DNA from: Candidatus Multivoradales bacterium
Lineage (GTDB): Bacteria > Acidobacteriota > Thermoanaerobaculia > Multivoradales > JAHEKO01
Assembly (NCBI GenBank): GCA_965223155.1
Contig: CBDCVR010000014.1
Coordinates: 1,184,001-1,248,000, forward strand
Reading direction: 5' to 3'
DNA length: 64,000 nt
Every line of letters begins with the position of its first letter. The stretch's first letter is position 1. The position numbers and the translations under genes are program-made. Shown piece after piece: positions 19,600 to 29,375 of the stretch. The notes under the pieces are model-generated. The model was not told where the DNA came from. It did not search any database and saw only the letters and a program-made list of their open reading frames with translations.

Positions 19600-20655
19600 A
19601 TGCAACTCGGAATCGTAGGCTTTCCCAAGACCGGCAAGACCACGCTCTTCAACCTCCTGACCCGCTCCCAGGAGACGACCGACAAGTTCTCGCAGAGCTC
19701 GGAGGCCCACGTCGCGCTGTGCCGCGTGCCCGACGCCCGGCTGGACCGCTTGAGCGAGCTCTTCCAACCCAAGAAGCACTCGCCGGCGACGGTGCAATTC
19801 GTCGACATTCCCGGCGTTACCCGCCAAGAAGGCGCGGCCGATCTCAACTTGACGAGCTTGAAGGACGTCGACGCCCTGGTGCACGTGGTGCGCGCCTTCG
19901 AAGACGACGAGATTCCGCACCCCGAGGGCTCGATCGATCCGGCCCGCGATCTCGCCTCGTTCGACCTCGAGCTGGTGTTCGCGGATCTCGAGCTGGTGGA
20001 ACGGCGGCTCGAGCGCCTGGAGAAGAACAAGAAGCGCGGCCTCAGTGCCAACGAGAAAGCCGAGACCGAGCTTCTTGCCGGCACCATTCAGCCGGCGCTC
20101 GAGAGTGAAACGCCCGTGCGCGACCTAGAGCTGGCTCCAGACGACGAAAAGAGGCTCCGCGGATTCCAGCTCCTCTCCGCCAAACCCTTGCTGGTGGTGT
20201 GGAACACCGGCGAGTCGAACCTGGACGATCGAGCGCCCGCGCTCGGTGACTCGGTGCGGACGGTGGTGATGAGCTTGCCGATCGAAGAAGAGATCGCCCA
20301 GCTTCCGTCCGCGGAGCAGGCCGACTTTCTGTCCGACCTGGGGCTCGATGAAGCGAGTCTCGACCGGGTTCTGCGAGCCGGCTACGAGCTTCTAGGCTCG
20401 ATCTCGTTCTTCACCGTCGGCGACGACGAATGCAAGGCGTGGACGATTCGCCGGGGCACGAAAGCCCAGCAGGCGGCCGGCACCATCCACTCCGACCTGG
20501 AACGAGGCTTCATCCGGGCCGAAGTCGTCGACTCTGAGACGCTCCTGGAGCTGGGTTCCCTGACCAAGTGCCGCGAAGCCGGGCTCCTGCGGCTGGAAGG
20601 CAAGGACTACGTCGTCGAAGACGGCGAGGTCCTGCACGTGCGCTTCAACGTATAG
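19600..20655 (+). CDS. ychF: Redox-regulated ATPase YchF (Obg family)
   Basis: GIVGFPKTGKTT, FVDIPG, HVVRAF, TGS domain (AGTIHSDLERGFIRAEV), C-terminal RFNV. Confidence 0.95.
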   Translation: MQLGIVGFPKTGKTTLFNLLTRSQETTDKFSQSSEAHVALCRVPDARLDRLSELFQPKKHSPATVQFVDIPGVTRQEGAADLNLTSLKDVDALVHVVRAFEDDEIPHPEGSIDPARDLASFDLELVFADLELVERRLERLEKNKKRGLSANEKAETELLAGTIQPALESETPVRDLELAPDDEKRLRGFQLLSAKPLLVVWNTGESNLDDRAPALGDSVRTVVMSLPIEEEIAQLPSAEQADFLSDLGLDEASLDRVLRAGYELLGSISFFTVGDDECKAWTIRRGTKAQQAAGTIHSDLERGFIRAEVVDSETLLELGSLTKCREAGLLRLEGKDYVVEDGEVLHVRFNV

Positions 20656-20768
20656 CCAGCCCGAAGACCGTCCGGCGACCGGAGTGACCAGAGCAACCAG
20701 AGCAGGGCGGCCGACCGAGCCGTCGGCGGTCCCGGCTCGGCGCCAAGCGGGACGGCAGCTTCCGGATC

Positions 20769-21542
20769 TCAGAAAATCGCCAGATCCCGCGCCCGCCGCA
20801 GCACCTCGGCCCCCAACCTGCTGTAGGCCTGGGCGCCCGCCGACCAGCGCTCGTACTCGAAGACGGTCATGCCGTGACGGGTCGCCTCGGCCAGAGTTAC
20901 GTTGACCGGAATCGTGGCGCGAAAGACCTGGCCGCTGTAGGCACGGCGGATCTTGCGCACCAGCTCATCGGTCATGCGCGTGCGGTGATCCACCATGGTC
21001 AGCAGAATCCCGAGGAGACGGGGCTTCTGCCGCCGGGTGGCGCCGATCGCCTGCATTCCTTCCAGGAAGCGCCCGATCGCCTCCAGAGAAAGCTGATGCG
21101 GCAGAACCGGAAGGATGTAGCCGTCCGCGGCCTCCAGGGCGTTGCGGGTCAAGAGCGACAGGCCGGGGGCGCAATCCAGGATCACGAGATCGTAGTGGCT
21201 CCGGATCGGTCTCAGGCGCTCGGAGAGCTTGCGCTCGGGCGAGCGCTTGCGGGCGAGCGCAATTTCGACGGTGGCAAGGTCCATGGTGCCGGTCAGGAGA
21301 TCCAGGCCCCTGAGACCCGTATCGACCAGCGCCTCGGCTGCGGGCACCTCCCCGGCCAGAACGTCGGCGACGGACGGCTTGAGCTGCTCGCGCGGTACCC
21401 CCAGCGCCGTCGACGCGGAGCCCTGGGGGTCCAGGTCAACCAGTAGCACCCGGAGCTCGCTCATGGCGAAGGCCGCGGCCAGGTTGACCGCGGTTGTGGT
21501 CTTGCCGACTCCGCCCTTGACGTTGGTGAGCGCCAGGATCAT
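20769..21542 (-). CDS. ParA/Soj family ATPase (orphan)
   Basis: KGGVGKTTT, DLDPQG, DCAP; no parB adjacent. Confidence 0.92.
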   Translation of the reverse strand: MILALTNVKGGVGKTTTAVNLAAAFAMSELRVLLVDLDPQGSASTALGVPREQLKPSVADVLAGEVPAAEALVDTGLRGLDLLTGTMDLATVEIALARKRSPERKLSERLRPIRSHYDLVILDCAPGLSLLTRNALEAADGYILPVLPHQLSLEAIGRFLEGMQAIGATRRQKPRLLGILLTMVDHRTRMTDELVRKIRRAYSGQVFRATIPVNVTLAEATRHGMTVFEYERWSAGAQAYSRLGAEVLRRARDLAIF

Positions 21543-21729
21543 CGTTCCGCCGGCAAGTCTAGCGCTTCGGACAGGGCCAAGCGGGGCCGTTTGCAGAACC
21601 CCCAGGAGGGCCAGACCCATCGAGCCCGAGTCCCGCCGGCGCGCGGCGGCAATGTGAGAAGGTCGGACCAAGCCGGCGCGGTCCAATCCCGCTCGGGCCC
21701 CCAGGCTCTGGACTTCCGAGGAGACGAGC

Positions 21730-22416
21730 ATGCCCAAGACCCATTTCCGCCCCGCCCTCTTTCGCTTCTTGCGAGAGCTCAAGGCCAACAATGACCGCGA
21801 CTGGTTCAAGGCCAATCAGGAGCGCTACGAAGACGCGGTCAGGGAGCCGGCGCTGGCGTTCATCAGCGATTTCGGACCCAAGCTCGAGGCCATCAGCCCT
21901 CAGTTCCTGGCGGTGCCCAAGAAGGTGGGCGGTTCGCTCTTTCGCATCCACCGCGACGTCCGCTTCGCTCGGGACAAGAGCCCGTACAAGACCCACACCG
22001 GCATTCAGTTTCGCCACAAGCAGGGACGCGACGCCCACGCCCCGGGCTTCTACCTGCACCTGGAACCCGGCCGCTGCTTCGCCGGCGCCGGCATCTGGCG
22101 TCCGGACGGCGAGGCCACCAAGAAGATCCGGAGCTACATTGCCGCCAACCCGGCGACCTGGAAGCGAGCGGTCCATGGCAGCCGTTTTCGCGACACCTTC
22201 GAGCTTTCGGGAGACAGCCTCAAGCGACCTCCGCGCGGGTTCGATCCCGAGCACCCGTTGGTCGCCGACCTCAAGCGCAAGGACTTCATCGGAGTCGCCA
22301 AGATCAGCCAGAAGGACATCACCTCGGCCGGCTTCCTCAATCAGTACGCGGCTCTGTGCCGGCGGGGCGCGCCGCTCATCCGGGCTCTGTGCGAAGCGGT
22401 CGGAATGCCCTTCTAG
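21730..22416 (+). CDS. DUF2461 family protein
   Basis: FLRELKANNDRDWF, FRIHRDVRF..DKSPYK, LKRPPRGF..HP. Confidence 0.9.
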   Translation: MPKTHFRPALFRFLRELKANNDRDWFKANQERYEDAVREPALAFISDFGPKLEAISPQFLAVPKKVGGSLFRIHRDVRFARDKSPYKTHTGIQFRHKQGRDAHAPGFYLHLEPGRCFAGAGIWRPDGEATKKIRSYIAANPATWKRAVHGSRFRDTFELSGDSLKRPPRGFDPEHPLVADLKRKDFIGVAKISQKDITSAGFLNQYAALCRRGAPLIRALCEAVGMPF

Positions 22417-22432
22417 CCGCCCGTCGCCACGC

Positions 22433-23680
22433 TCACGACAAGCCCGGCAGACGCCACGCGGTCAAGCGCAGGCTGGCCTCGACTCCCTGCGGGGCCTCGT
22501 CCTCGCCAATTCCGTAGTAGCTCCTCAGTTGGTCCTCGAGCTGGGAGGCGAGCACCACCACGCCGCCGTCGTCCTGAGGCAAGAGATGGAAAGCGGCCGC
22601 CCCGTCCGGAAGCCGGTAGGCGCCGAGCTCCAGGCCCAACCGGCGGGCGCGGACGGCGGTCAGGGCTAGCCCGGCAAGCTCCTCGACGACCCGCAGCTTG
22701 ACCGCGCCGTCTCTCATGTTGGGGATGAGGATGTTCGCGATCACGGTCGTCGCTCGCGCTTTGTCCGCGGCGTTCTCACCGGTGGCGTCGGGCGGCGTCA
22801 GAAGCTCGGCCAGCGGCCGCCGGCTCCAGGCGGCGAGCTCGACCCAACGATTCGCGATCTCGGTCGCCACCTGCTTGGCGAAGACCGGATAGATCGGACC
22901 CGCGACCCGGGTCTCCTGCGGATGGAGATCGGGACGCTGGACGAAGCGCAGGGCAAACGCGCCCTCGGCGGCCAGCGCCTCCGCCACCCTGGGCTCGGCC
23001 AGGCGCCGGCGGAGCCGGTCCTCGACGTCGCCGAGGACACCGTCCCCGACGTCGGGCCGGGCCACGAGCTCATGGATGACCTCGAGCCAGGCCCGGTCGG
23101 CGACGACCGCCACCAGCGAGCCGACCAAATTGGGCTGACCGTGCAGACACGAGCTCAAGACCTCGAGGGTCGTCAGCGCCGATGCCGTCTCGTCCCAGTT
23201 CCCGCCATCCATTGCCGAGTAGGCCTGCGCGCGAAGCAACCGGACCGCCCGGATCGCCGGTTGCGACCAGCTCACCGCTTGACTCGGAAGGTCGTCCCAG
23301 ACGCAGCCGGATCGCCCGGCCGCGGCCCGCAGCCCGTCGAGCTCGGACCGATGGGCCGCAAGCCAGGCCACGACCGCGCGGCGATCGGTCTCGTCCCAAG
23401 CCGACGGCGGACCCAGGCCTTGAGGCTCGCCGTCGCCGGAAGCTTGCCCGACCGCGTCCAGAAAGCCCGAAACCTGGTTCGATTCGGGCTCGATCGCCGG
23501 CCGCAGATAGGTCGTATGGTCGGCCGGACCGACCTCTCGTTCGTAGCGCAGGACCGCATCCTCGTAGGCGCTCTCGGCGCGGGTCAGGAAGAGCCAGTAG
23601 AGAACGGACAGGAAGACGGCGCCCACCAGCGTCCAGACGAAGACGGTGCGCGCGAAGCGTCCCGGCCGCATGCCACTCAC
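22433..23680 (-). CDS. Hypothetical protein with N-terminal membrane anchor
   Basis: 415 aa ORF, single TM helix, TAGGCT -10 six nt upstream of GTG. Confidence 0.7.
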   Translation of the reverse strand: MSGMRPGRFARTVFVWTLVGAVFLSVLYWLFLTRAESAYEDAVLRYEREVGPADHTTYLRPAIEPESNQVSGFLDAVGQASGDGEPQGLGPPSAWDETDRRAVVAWLAAHRSELDGLRAAAGRSGCVWDDLPSQAVSWSQPAIRAVRLLRAQAYSAMDGGNWDETASALTTLEVLSSCLHGQPNLVGSLVAVVADRAWLEVIHELVARPDVGDGVLGDVEDRLRRRLAEPRVAEALAAEGAFALRFVQRPDLHPQETRVAGPIYPVFAKQVATEIANRWVELAAWSRRPLAELLTPPDATGENAADKARATTVIANILIPNMRDGAVKLRVVEELAGLALTAVRARRLGLELGAYRLPDGAAAFHLLPQDDGGVVVLASQLEDQLRSYYGIGEDEAPQGVEASLRLTAWRLPGLS

Positions 23681-23903
23681 GCCGGGAGCCTAGCAGCCCA
23701 TGGTCGAAGTCCAGAGGGTCGCGCGACAAGGTCCCCCCGGGCCGCATCCACGGCACGACGACGATTCGATGCGGTGCCTCGGAGACGGCCGGGAGCCCGG
23801 CCGACGTGCAGCAACCCATTCGTCGCCACGCCCGCTTCCCCGAGGGCGGTGAGCCCACGGGCGGATAGAATTCGCCCGGATCGTCGAATTGATACTCGAA
23901 CTG

Positions 23904-24251
23904 ATGCTCGAACTAATCTGCACCCGGACCTGAAGCACCTGTCGCAAGGCGGTCGCCTTGCTCGACGAACACGGCATCGACTACCGCTACCGCGAGTATC
24001 GTAAGGAGCCACTCTCGCAGGCCGAGATCGCGCGCATCCTGGACCTCTTGGGAGCCACGCCGCGCGACCTGCTGCGCACGCGCGATCGTGCCTACCGGGA
24101 GCTCGGCCTGACGGGGACCGAGACCGACGCCGCCTTGATTGCTTTCATGGCCGAGCATCCGACCCTGCTCCAGCGTCCCATCGCCGTGACCGAGACCAGC
24201 GCCGTTCTCGGACGCCCGGTCGAGAACCTCCTGAGCTTGACTCCGAGCTGA
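23904..24251 (+). CDS. arsC: ArsC/Spx-family reductase, probable selenoprotein (UGA at 23931-23933)
   Basis: MLELICTRT-U-STCRKAVALL...PTLLQRPI...LGRP; UGA sits at the catalytic Cys position. Confidence 0.8.
23941..23966 (+). promoter_or_regulatory. Bacterial SECIS-like hairpin
   Basis: GCAAGGC-GGTC-GCCTTGC perfect 7-bp stem; G-first loop 17 nt after UGA; extendable by GTC/GAC. Confidence 0.65.
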
Positions 24252-24270
24252 CGCGCCGGTCCCGGCGGCC

Positions 24271-25458
24271 TCAGGCCACGATCTCGAGCGCGTGGCTGCG
24301 CCGGAAAAAGACCAGCCGCCCCTCCTCGACGTCGATGTCCACGACGTCTCCAGGCTCGACGCTCTCGGCCGCGATCAGCCGCGACAGGGGGTCCACCAGC
24401 TCGCTCTCCACCGCCCGCCGCAAGGGCCGGGCTCCCAGCCGGAGGTCGGTTCCCCGCTCCACGATCCAGCGGCGCGCCGCCGGCGTCGGGCGGATCAGGA
24501 TCGGCACGCCGGCGTACTTCAGAGCGCGGTCGTGGACCTCGGCCAGGAACTTGTCGAAGATGGCTTCCAGATCCTCTTCCTCGAGCGCTGAGTAGACCAG
24601 CACCTCGTCGAAGCGGTTCAGGAACTCGGCGGGAAAGCTCTCCCGCGCCGCCTTGAGCGTCAGCTCCACCACGGCGTCGTCGGTCTCGGCCGTGGAGCGG
24701 TCGTCCCGGCCGAAGCCCACCGGTGCCCGTTCCAGAAAGCGGCCCAGCTCGGCACTGCCCACATTCGAAGTGAGCAAGATGATCGAGCCGGTGAGGTCGG
24801 TCGTCTGGTTGTTCCCCAGTGTCAACGTCCCGTCCTCCAGGACTCCCAGGAGCGCGTTCCACAACGCCGGATCGGCTTTCTCGATCTCATCGAAGAGCAA
24901 CACCGAAACGCAGGCGTCCGGGTCGCCGGCGACGATTCTCTCGGCCAGCGGCGCCTCAGCGGCCGGGCCGTCCTCTCCGGCCTTCTTGAGCCGGCGGTGC
25001 GGAGCGTCGATCAAGCCCTGGCTCAGCAGCGGCTCGGTCTGGTGCCCGACGTAGCCGGGCGGCGAGCCCAAAAGCTTGGCGATCTCGTGCCCATGGGCGT
25101 ACTCCTCGCAGTTGATCCGGGTCAGTGCCGTTTCGTCACCGAAACAGGCCTCGGCGACCGCTTTGGCGGTCTCGGTCTTGCCGACGCCGGTCGGCCCCAG
25201 AAGCAGGGCCGTCATCAGCGGCCGGCGTGGATCGCGCAGCCCCGAGAGCAGGCGCGACGATGAGCCGACCAAAGCCGCAATGGCCCGCTCCTGACCGATC
25301 ACCCGCCGGTCGAGCGCTTCGGCCAGAGGCTGGATCGCCCGCGCCGGCCGCTCGGTGTCGAGTCGTTCGCGCGGAGCTAGCTCGAGCAGCCCTTCGGCGT
25401 GACGCGACACCCGGAGATCGGTCGTACGTGCCTCAACATCGACCTCGAACTTGGTCAT
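24271..25458 (-). CDS. Stand-alone ClpA/ClpB D2-type AAA+ ATPase
   Basis: VIGQE.AI, GPTGVGKTE, KLLGSPPGYVG, LFDEIEKA, TSNVG, EFLNRFD, GARPLRR; no N or D1 domain. Confidence 0.88.
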   Translation of the reverse strand: MTKFEVDVEARTTDLRVSRHAEGLLELAPRERLDTERPARAIQPLAEALDRRVIGQERAIAALVGSSSRLLSGLRDPRRPLMTALLLGPTGVGKTETAKAVAEACFGDETALTRINCEEYAHGHEIAKLLGSPPGYVGHQTEPLLSQGLIDAPHRRLKKAGEDGPAAEAPLAERIVAGDPDACVSVLLFDEIEKADPALWNALLGVLEDGTLTLGNNQTTDLTGSIILLTSNVGSAELGRFLERAPVGFGRDDRSTAETDDAVVELTLKAARESFPAEFLNRFDEVLVYSALEEEDLEAIFDKFLAEVHDRALKYAGVPILIRPTPAARRWIVERGTDLRLGARPLRRAVESELVDPLSRLIAAESVEPGDVVDIDVEEGRLVFFRRSHALEIVA

Positions 25459-25651
25459 GGTAGGACCCCCATTGAGAAGAAGGTGAGGCCGACCAAGAAG
25501 GGCAAGGGCGCGATGGAAGCCGCTGGAACCGCCTTCGCACGGGCACCGGAGCCGGCATGCTCGCAAGCGGTAGCAGGACGCTTGCAAGCGCGCCGGATAG
25601 AGCGTGTACGAAGTGGGTTCCAGTGATTCTTCTCATCTCACCCGTTCTCTA

Positions 25652-25667
25652 CGCAACAGCCGTGCCG
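25652..25667 (-). promoter_or_regulatory. Putative sigma-54 -24/-12 promoter for the AAA+ gene
   Basis: Minus strand reads CGGCAC-GGCTG-TTGCG, with correct GG-N10-GC spacing. Confidence 0.55.
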
Positions 25668-25727
25668 GGGCCATGGCTTGCTAGCAGCGCGGGACGCCGG
25701 AACTTGACGGGGCGGACCCTGGCGGCG

Positions 25728-26432
25728 TCAGTCGAGCTCGAAGAGACGGCGAACTTCAGCCGGGACCTGGAAGGACTCCGTCTCCGAGCGCCGAGCCCGT
25801 AGAAACCGCACGGTCAGGGCATAGGCCTGGCGTTCTTGGGCAATGCGCCGGTACTCGAAGTCTTCCCGGGCCCAGCCGGCAACGTAGCGCCGCATGTACT
25901 CCTCGAAGCCCAGCTCCTCGTACTGCGTCAGGTGCACGAGCTCGTGAAACAGCAGGCCTTCGCTTGGCTCGAACCGGGCTGCGCCGTTCCTGGCCACCGG
26001 CCCAGCCACCAGGATGGTATCGATCAGGGCCAGCCCTGAGGCGTGGGCGAGGTCCAGCGGATAGGGCTCGCCCAGCCGGTCGAAGAGTCGGAACACTTCG
26101 GGATTCCGGAACCGTTCGACCACCGCGATCCGCGCGCCGTCCAGGACGCTTCGAGAAAAATAGGGCTCGAAGAGACGCCGCTGCGCGGACGACAGCGGCA
26201 GCGCGCGGTCCCTGTGGCGATCCCGCTCGTCCCGCACCCACTCGCTGAGCCCGGTCTCGAGACGCTCGATCTCAGCCGGCGTGAGTCGTCCGGGCGAGCG
26301 GCCGTCGCCGGCGTCGGCTTGCGGCTGGGAACAACCCAACCAGAATGCCGATACCGGCAGGACCGCGAGCACCACGGCGGCCAACCTCCCGAATGTCGTT
26401 CGGGTGGGACGAAGCGAAGAATCAACCGGCAC
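25728..26432 (-). CDS. Putative lipoprotein with HExxH zincin motif (DUF4157-like)
   Basis: WLGC lipobox-like motif, LLFHELVHLTQY, downstream E.QAY. Confidence 0.7.
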   Translation of the reverse strand: MPVDSSLRPTRTTFGRLAAVVLAVLPVSAFWLGCSQPQADAGDGRSPGRLTPAEIERLETGLSEWVRDERDRHRDRALPLSSAQRRLFEPYFSRSVLDGARIAVVERFRNPEVFRLFDRLGEPYPLDLAHASGLALIDTILVAGPVARNGAARFEPSEGLLFHELVHLTQYEELGFEEYMRRYVAGWAREDFEYRRIAQERQAYALTVRFLRARRSETESFQVPAEVRRLFELD

Positions 26433-26496
26433 CGCCGGATGGTACCTCGCCCTCCCGCGGGATCCCGTCCAGCCGGGATTCGACTACCATACGCGG

Positions 26497-27666
26497 ATGC
26501 AAGTTCGAACCCGACCCTCCTCGTTCCCGGACGCCGTCTTCTCGCTAGCCCTCCTGGTAGCCGTAAGCGCGCTGGCACCCGCTGCCGCCCGCGCGGATCA
26601 CCACGATCCCAATCCCCCGGCGCCCGGCTTCCTTCTCGAAGAGTCCCACGCCGAAGCGCTGGAGATCGCCGACCGCGTCATGGACCGCCTCGGCGGCCGC
26701 GCCGCGCTGGATCGAACGCGCTTCGTGACCTGGAAATTCTTCGGCCGGCGCTTCCACGTCTGGGACCGGCACTCGGGCGACATTCGTGTCGAAGGCACGG
26801 ACCGGGAAAGCGGCGAGACCTACCTGGTTTTGATGAACCTCGACTCCAAGAAGGGACGTGCCTGGCGCGAGGGTGCCGAGGTCGAGGGCGAGGCTCTGGG
26901 CACCCTGCTCGAGCTGGGCGAATCGGCCTGGATCAATGACAGCTATTGGCTCTTCATGCCCTACAAGCTCAAGGACACGGGTGTCGTGCTGCGCTACGTG
27001 GGCGAGGGCACGATGCTCGACGGCGGCACCGCCGACGTCCTCGAGCTGACCTTTCGCGAAGTCGGGAAGACGCCCGAGAACCGCTACCACGTCTACGTCG
27101 GACGGGACTCCGATCTGGTCGAGCAATGGGACTTCTACACCCGCGCCGAAGACGAGGAACCGCGTTTCCGGATTCCCTGGCGGAACTGGCGCCAGCACGG
27201 CGACATCCTGCTGTCCGACGACCGCGGCCGCGGCAAACACTCGGACCTGGCGGTGTTCGACGAGCTCCCGTCAGCGGTCTTCACCAGCCCCGAACCGGTG
27301 GACCTGGACTCCTTCCCGCGCGCGGCTTCGAGCCGCAGCCTGACCGGGCAGCCGATCTATGCCGTCGAAGGCGAGGTCGTCAAACCGGCGCTCCTCGAAT
27401 CAGCCGCGCCGCAGTATCCCGAAGCCGCACGCGACGCCGGCACCGAGGGCCTCGTCGTGGTCAAGACCGTAATCGGAGCCGACGGTTCCATCCGGGACGC
27501 CTGGGTCGATGAATCGCTCACCGAAGAGCTCGACGCGGCGGCGCTCGAAGCGATCCGCGCCTGGCGCTTCGAGCCCGCGACTCTGGGCGGCGAAGCGGTA
27601 CCCGTCTACTACACCCTGACCGTCAACTTCCAGTTGGACGGGGAGCCGGCCGAAGACTCCGACTAG
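26497..27666 (+). CDS. Secreted protein with an N-terminal DUF6503-like domain fused to a TonB C-terminal domain
   Basis: Signal peptide ending ARA; WINDSYWLFMPYKL.D.GV; C-terminal PQYPEAAR..G.EG.V, LDAAALEAIRAWRFEPA. Confidence 0.75.
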   Translation: MQVRTRPSSFPDAVFSLALLVAVSALAPAAARADHHDPNPPAPGFLLEESHAEALEIADRVMDRLGGRAALDRTRFVTWKFFGRRFHVWDRHSGDIRVEGTDRESGETYLVLMNLDSKKGRAWREGAEVEGEALGTLLELGESAWINDSYWLFMPYKLKDTGVVLRYVGEGTMLDGGTADVLELTFREVGKTPENRYHVYVGRDSDLVEQWDFYTRAEDEEPRFRIPWRNWRQHGDILLSDDRGRGKHSDLAVFDELPSAVFTSPEPVDLDSFPRAASSRSLTGQPIYAVEGEVVKPALLESAAPQYPEAARDAGTEGLVVVKTVIGADGSIRDAWVDESLTEELDAAALEAIRAWRFEPATLGGEAVPVYYTLTVNFQLDGEPAEDSD

Positions 27667-27735
27667 GCCGAAAGCCCTGAGCCGATCGGGAGCCGGTTGC
27701 CCAGCCCACCTGGCAGGTCGGCTGGGCGCCTGAGC

Positions 27736-28293
27736 CTACGACCGCCGCATCTGGCGCTTCGCCAGCTTGATCCGGCGCCGCGCTCGCTTCAAAGCAACAC
27801 GGTCTCCGGAGGCGAGGGCCTCGTCCCGCTTGGCCTTGAGCTCGGCCATGCGCGCCTTGGCCTCGCTCTTGACCGCCTGCGCGGCTTCTGCGGCAGCAGC
27901 GGCCTTGGCCTGGGCTTCGGCTTCGGCGGCAGCGGCGGCCGCCGCCTCGGCATCCGACTCGCCGGAGTCCCCCTCGTCTTCCGCGCTCTCGGTCTCTGAG
28001 GCGTCCTCCTCGGCAGACGCTTCGCCTTCGGATTCCGCCACGGGATCAGCAGCCGTGTCCTCGTCCCCCCCATCGGTGGGCTCCGCCTCGGAGGGCTCTG
28101 ATCCTGAGTCTTCGGTCGACTCGGCGGCGGCTTCGGCAGCCTCTTCGGCCGGCGATTCTTCAGGAGTCTCGGCCGCGGCCTCGTCGGACGATTCCTCTAC
28201 GGCCTCGGTGGATTCTTCGGTGGACGACGCTTCAGCGGTTTCTTCGGCCGCCTCGGCGGTTTCTTCGACTTCGGGTGTCTGCTCGTCAGACAT
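27736..28293 (-). CDS. Acidic low-complexity protein with basic C-terminal helix
   Basis: RBS GAGAGGAG; E/A/S-rich for about 140 aa, then an R/K-rich tail. Confidence 0.7.
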   Translation of the reverse strand: MSDEQTPEVEETAEAAEETAEASSTEESTEAVEESSDEAAAETPEESPAEEAAEAAAESTEDSGSEPSEAEPTDGGDEDTAADPVAESEGEASAEEDASETESAEDEGDSGESDAEAAAAAAAEAEAQAKAAAAAEAAQAVKSEAKARMAELKAKRDEALASGDRVALKRARRRIKLAKRQMRRS

Positions 28294-28387
28294 TGCGTGG
28301 ATCTCCTCTCACAAAAGAGCTTGGATCTTACCTTCCTTTCGGTCAGGATAGGTGATTCACGCCGTCAACTTCCCGGAGATCCCGTCC

Positions 28388-29368
28388 ATGCAAGAAACCG
28401 TTCGCGTCGCCATCACTGGAGCCGCCGGCAACATCGGCTACCAGCTCTGCTTTCGCATTGCGGCGGGCGACATGTTGGGACCGGATCAGCCGGTACGGTT
28501 GCAGCTCATCGAGATCCCTCCGGCTTTGGACGCCCTCCAAGGCGTCGTCATGGAGCTCAAGGACGGCGCCTTTCCGCTTCTGGATGGCGTGGTGGCCACG
28601 TCGGACTACGAAGAGGGATTTGCGGAGGCCGATTACGCCATCCTGGTGGGCGCCAAGCCGCGCGGCAAGGGCATGGAGCGCAAGGATCTTCTGGCCGACA
28701 ACGGTAAGATCTTCGGCCCGCAGGGCAAGGCGATCAACGACCACGCCGCCCGCTCCGTCCGGGTGCTGGTGGTGGGCAATCCGGCCAACACGAATTGCCT
28801 GATCGCCCAATCGGCCGCTCCGGACCTCGATCCGCGCCAGTTCACGGCGATGACCCGCCTGGATCACAACCGCTCGCTCAGCCAGCTCGCGGACAAGACC
28901 GGCGCCCACGTCGCGGGCATCAAGAAGATGACGATCTGGGGCAACCATTCGGCGACCCAGTATCCGGACGTCTCGCACGTGGAAATCGAAGGCCGGCCGG
29001 CCTTCGAGCTGATCGATCGGGACTGGTACGCGAGCGAGTTCATCCCCACCGTGCAGCAGCGCGGAGCCGCCATCATCAAAGCGCGAGGCGCGTCCTCGGC
29101 GGCGTCGGCGGCGTCGGCGGCGATCGACCACATCCGCTCATGGGCCCTGGGCACGCCCGAGGGCGACTGGGTGAGTATGGCGGTGCCGGCGGACGGCAGC
29201 TACGGCATCGAGCCCGGCATCGTCTACTCCTATCCGTGCACCACGAGCGGCGGCGGCTACGAGATCGTTCAAGGCTTGGAGGTCGACGCCTTCAGCCGCG
29301 AGCGCATGGACGCAACCGAGGCCGAGCTGCGCGAAGAGCGCGCGGCGGTCGAAGACCTCCTCGGCTGA
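28388..29368 (+). CDS. mdh: Malate dehydrogenase (dimeric type)
   Basis: [44 protein letters not shown]. Confidence 0.97.
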   Translation: MQETVRVAITGAAGNIGYQLCFRIAAGDMLGPDQPVRLQLIEIPPALDALQGVVMELKDGAFPLLDGVVATSDYEEGFAEADYAILVGAKPRGKGMERKDLLADNGKIFGPQGKAINDHAARSVRVLVVGNPANTNCLIAQSAAPDLDPRQFTAMTRLDHNRSLSQLADKTGAHVAGIKKMTIWGNHSATQYPDVSHVEIEGRPAFELIDRDWYASEFIPTVQQRGAAIIKARGASSAASAASAAIDHIRSWALGTPEGDWVSMAVPADGSYGIEPGIVYSYPCTTSGGGYEIVQGLEVDAFSRERMDATEAELREERAAVEDLLG

Positions 29369-29375
29369 TTCTGCC

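Noticed and set aside
20769-21542. Plasmid or prophage partition locus
   Set aside because: No parB, rep, phage genes or obvious parS; flanked by housekeeping genes
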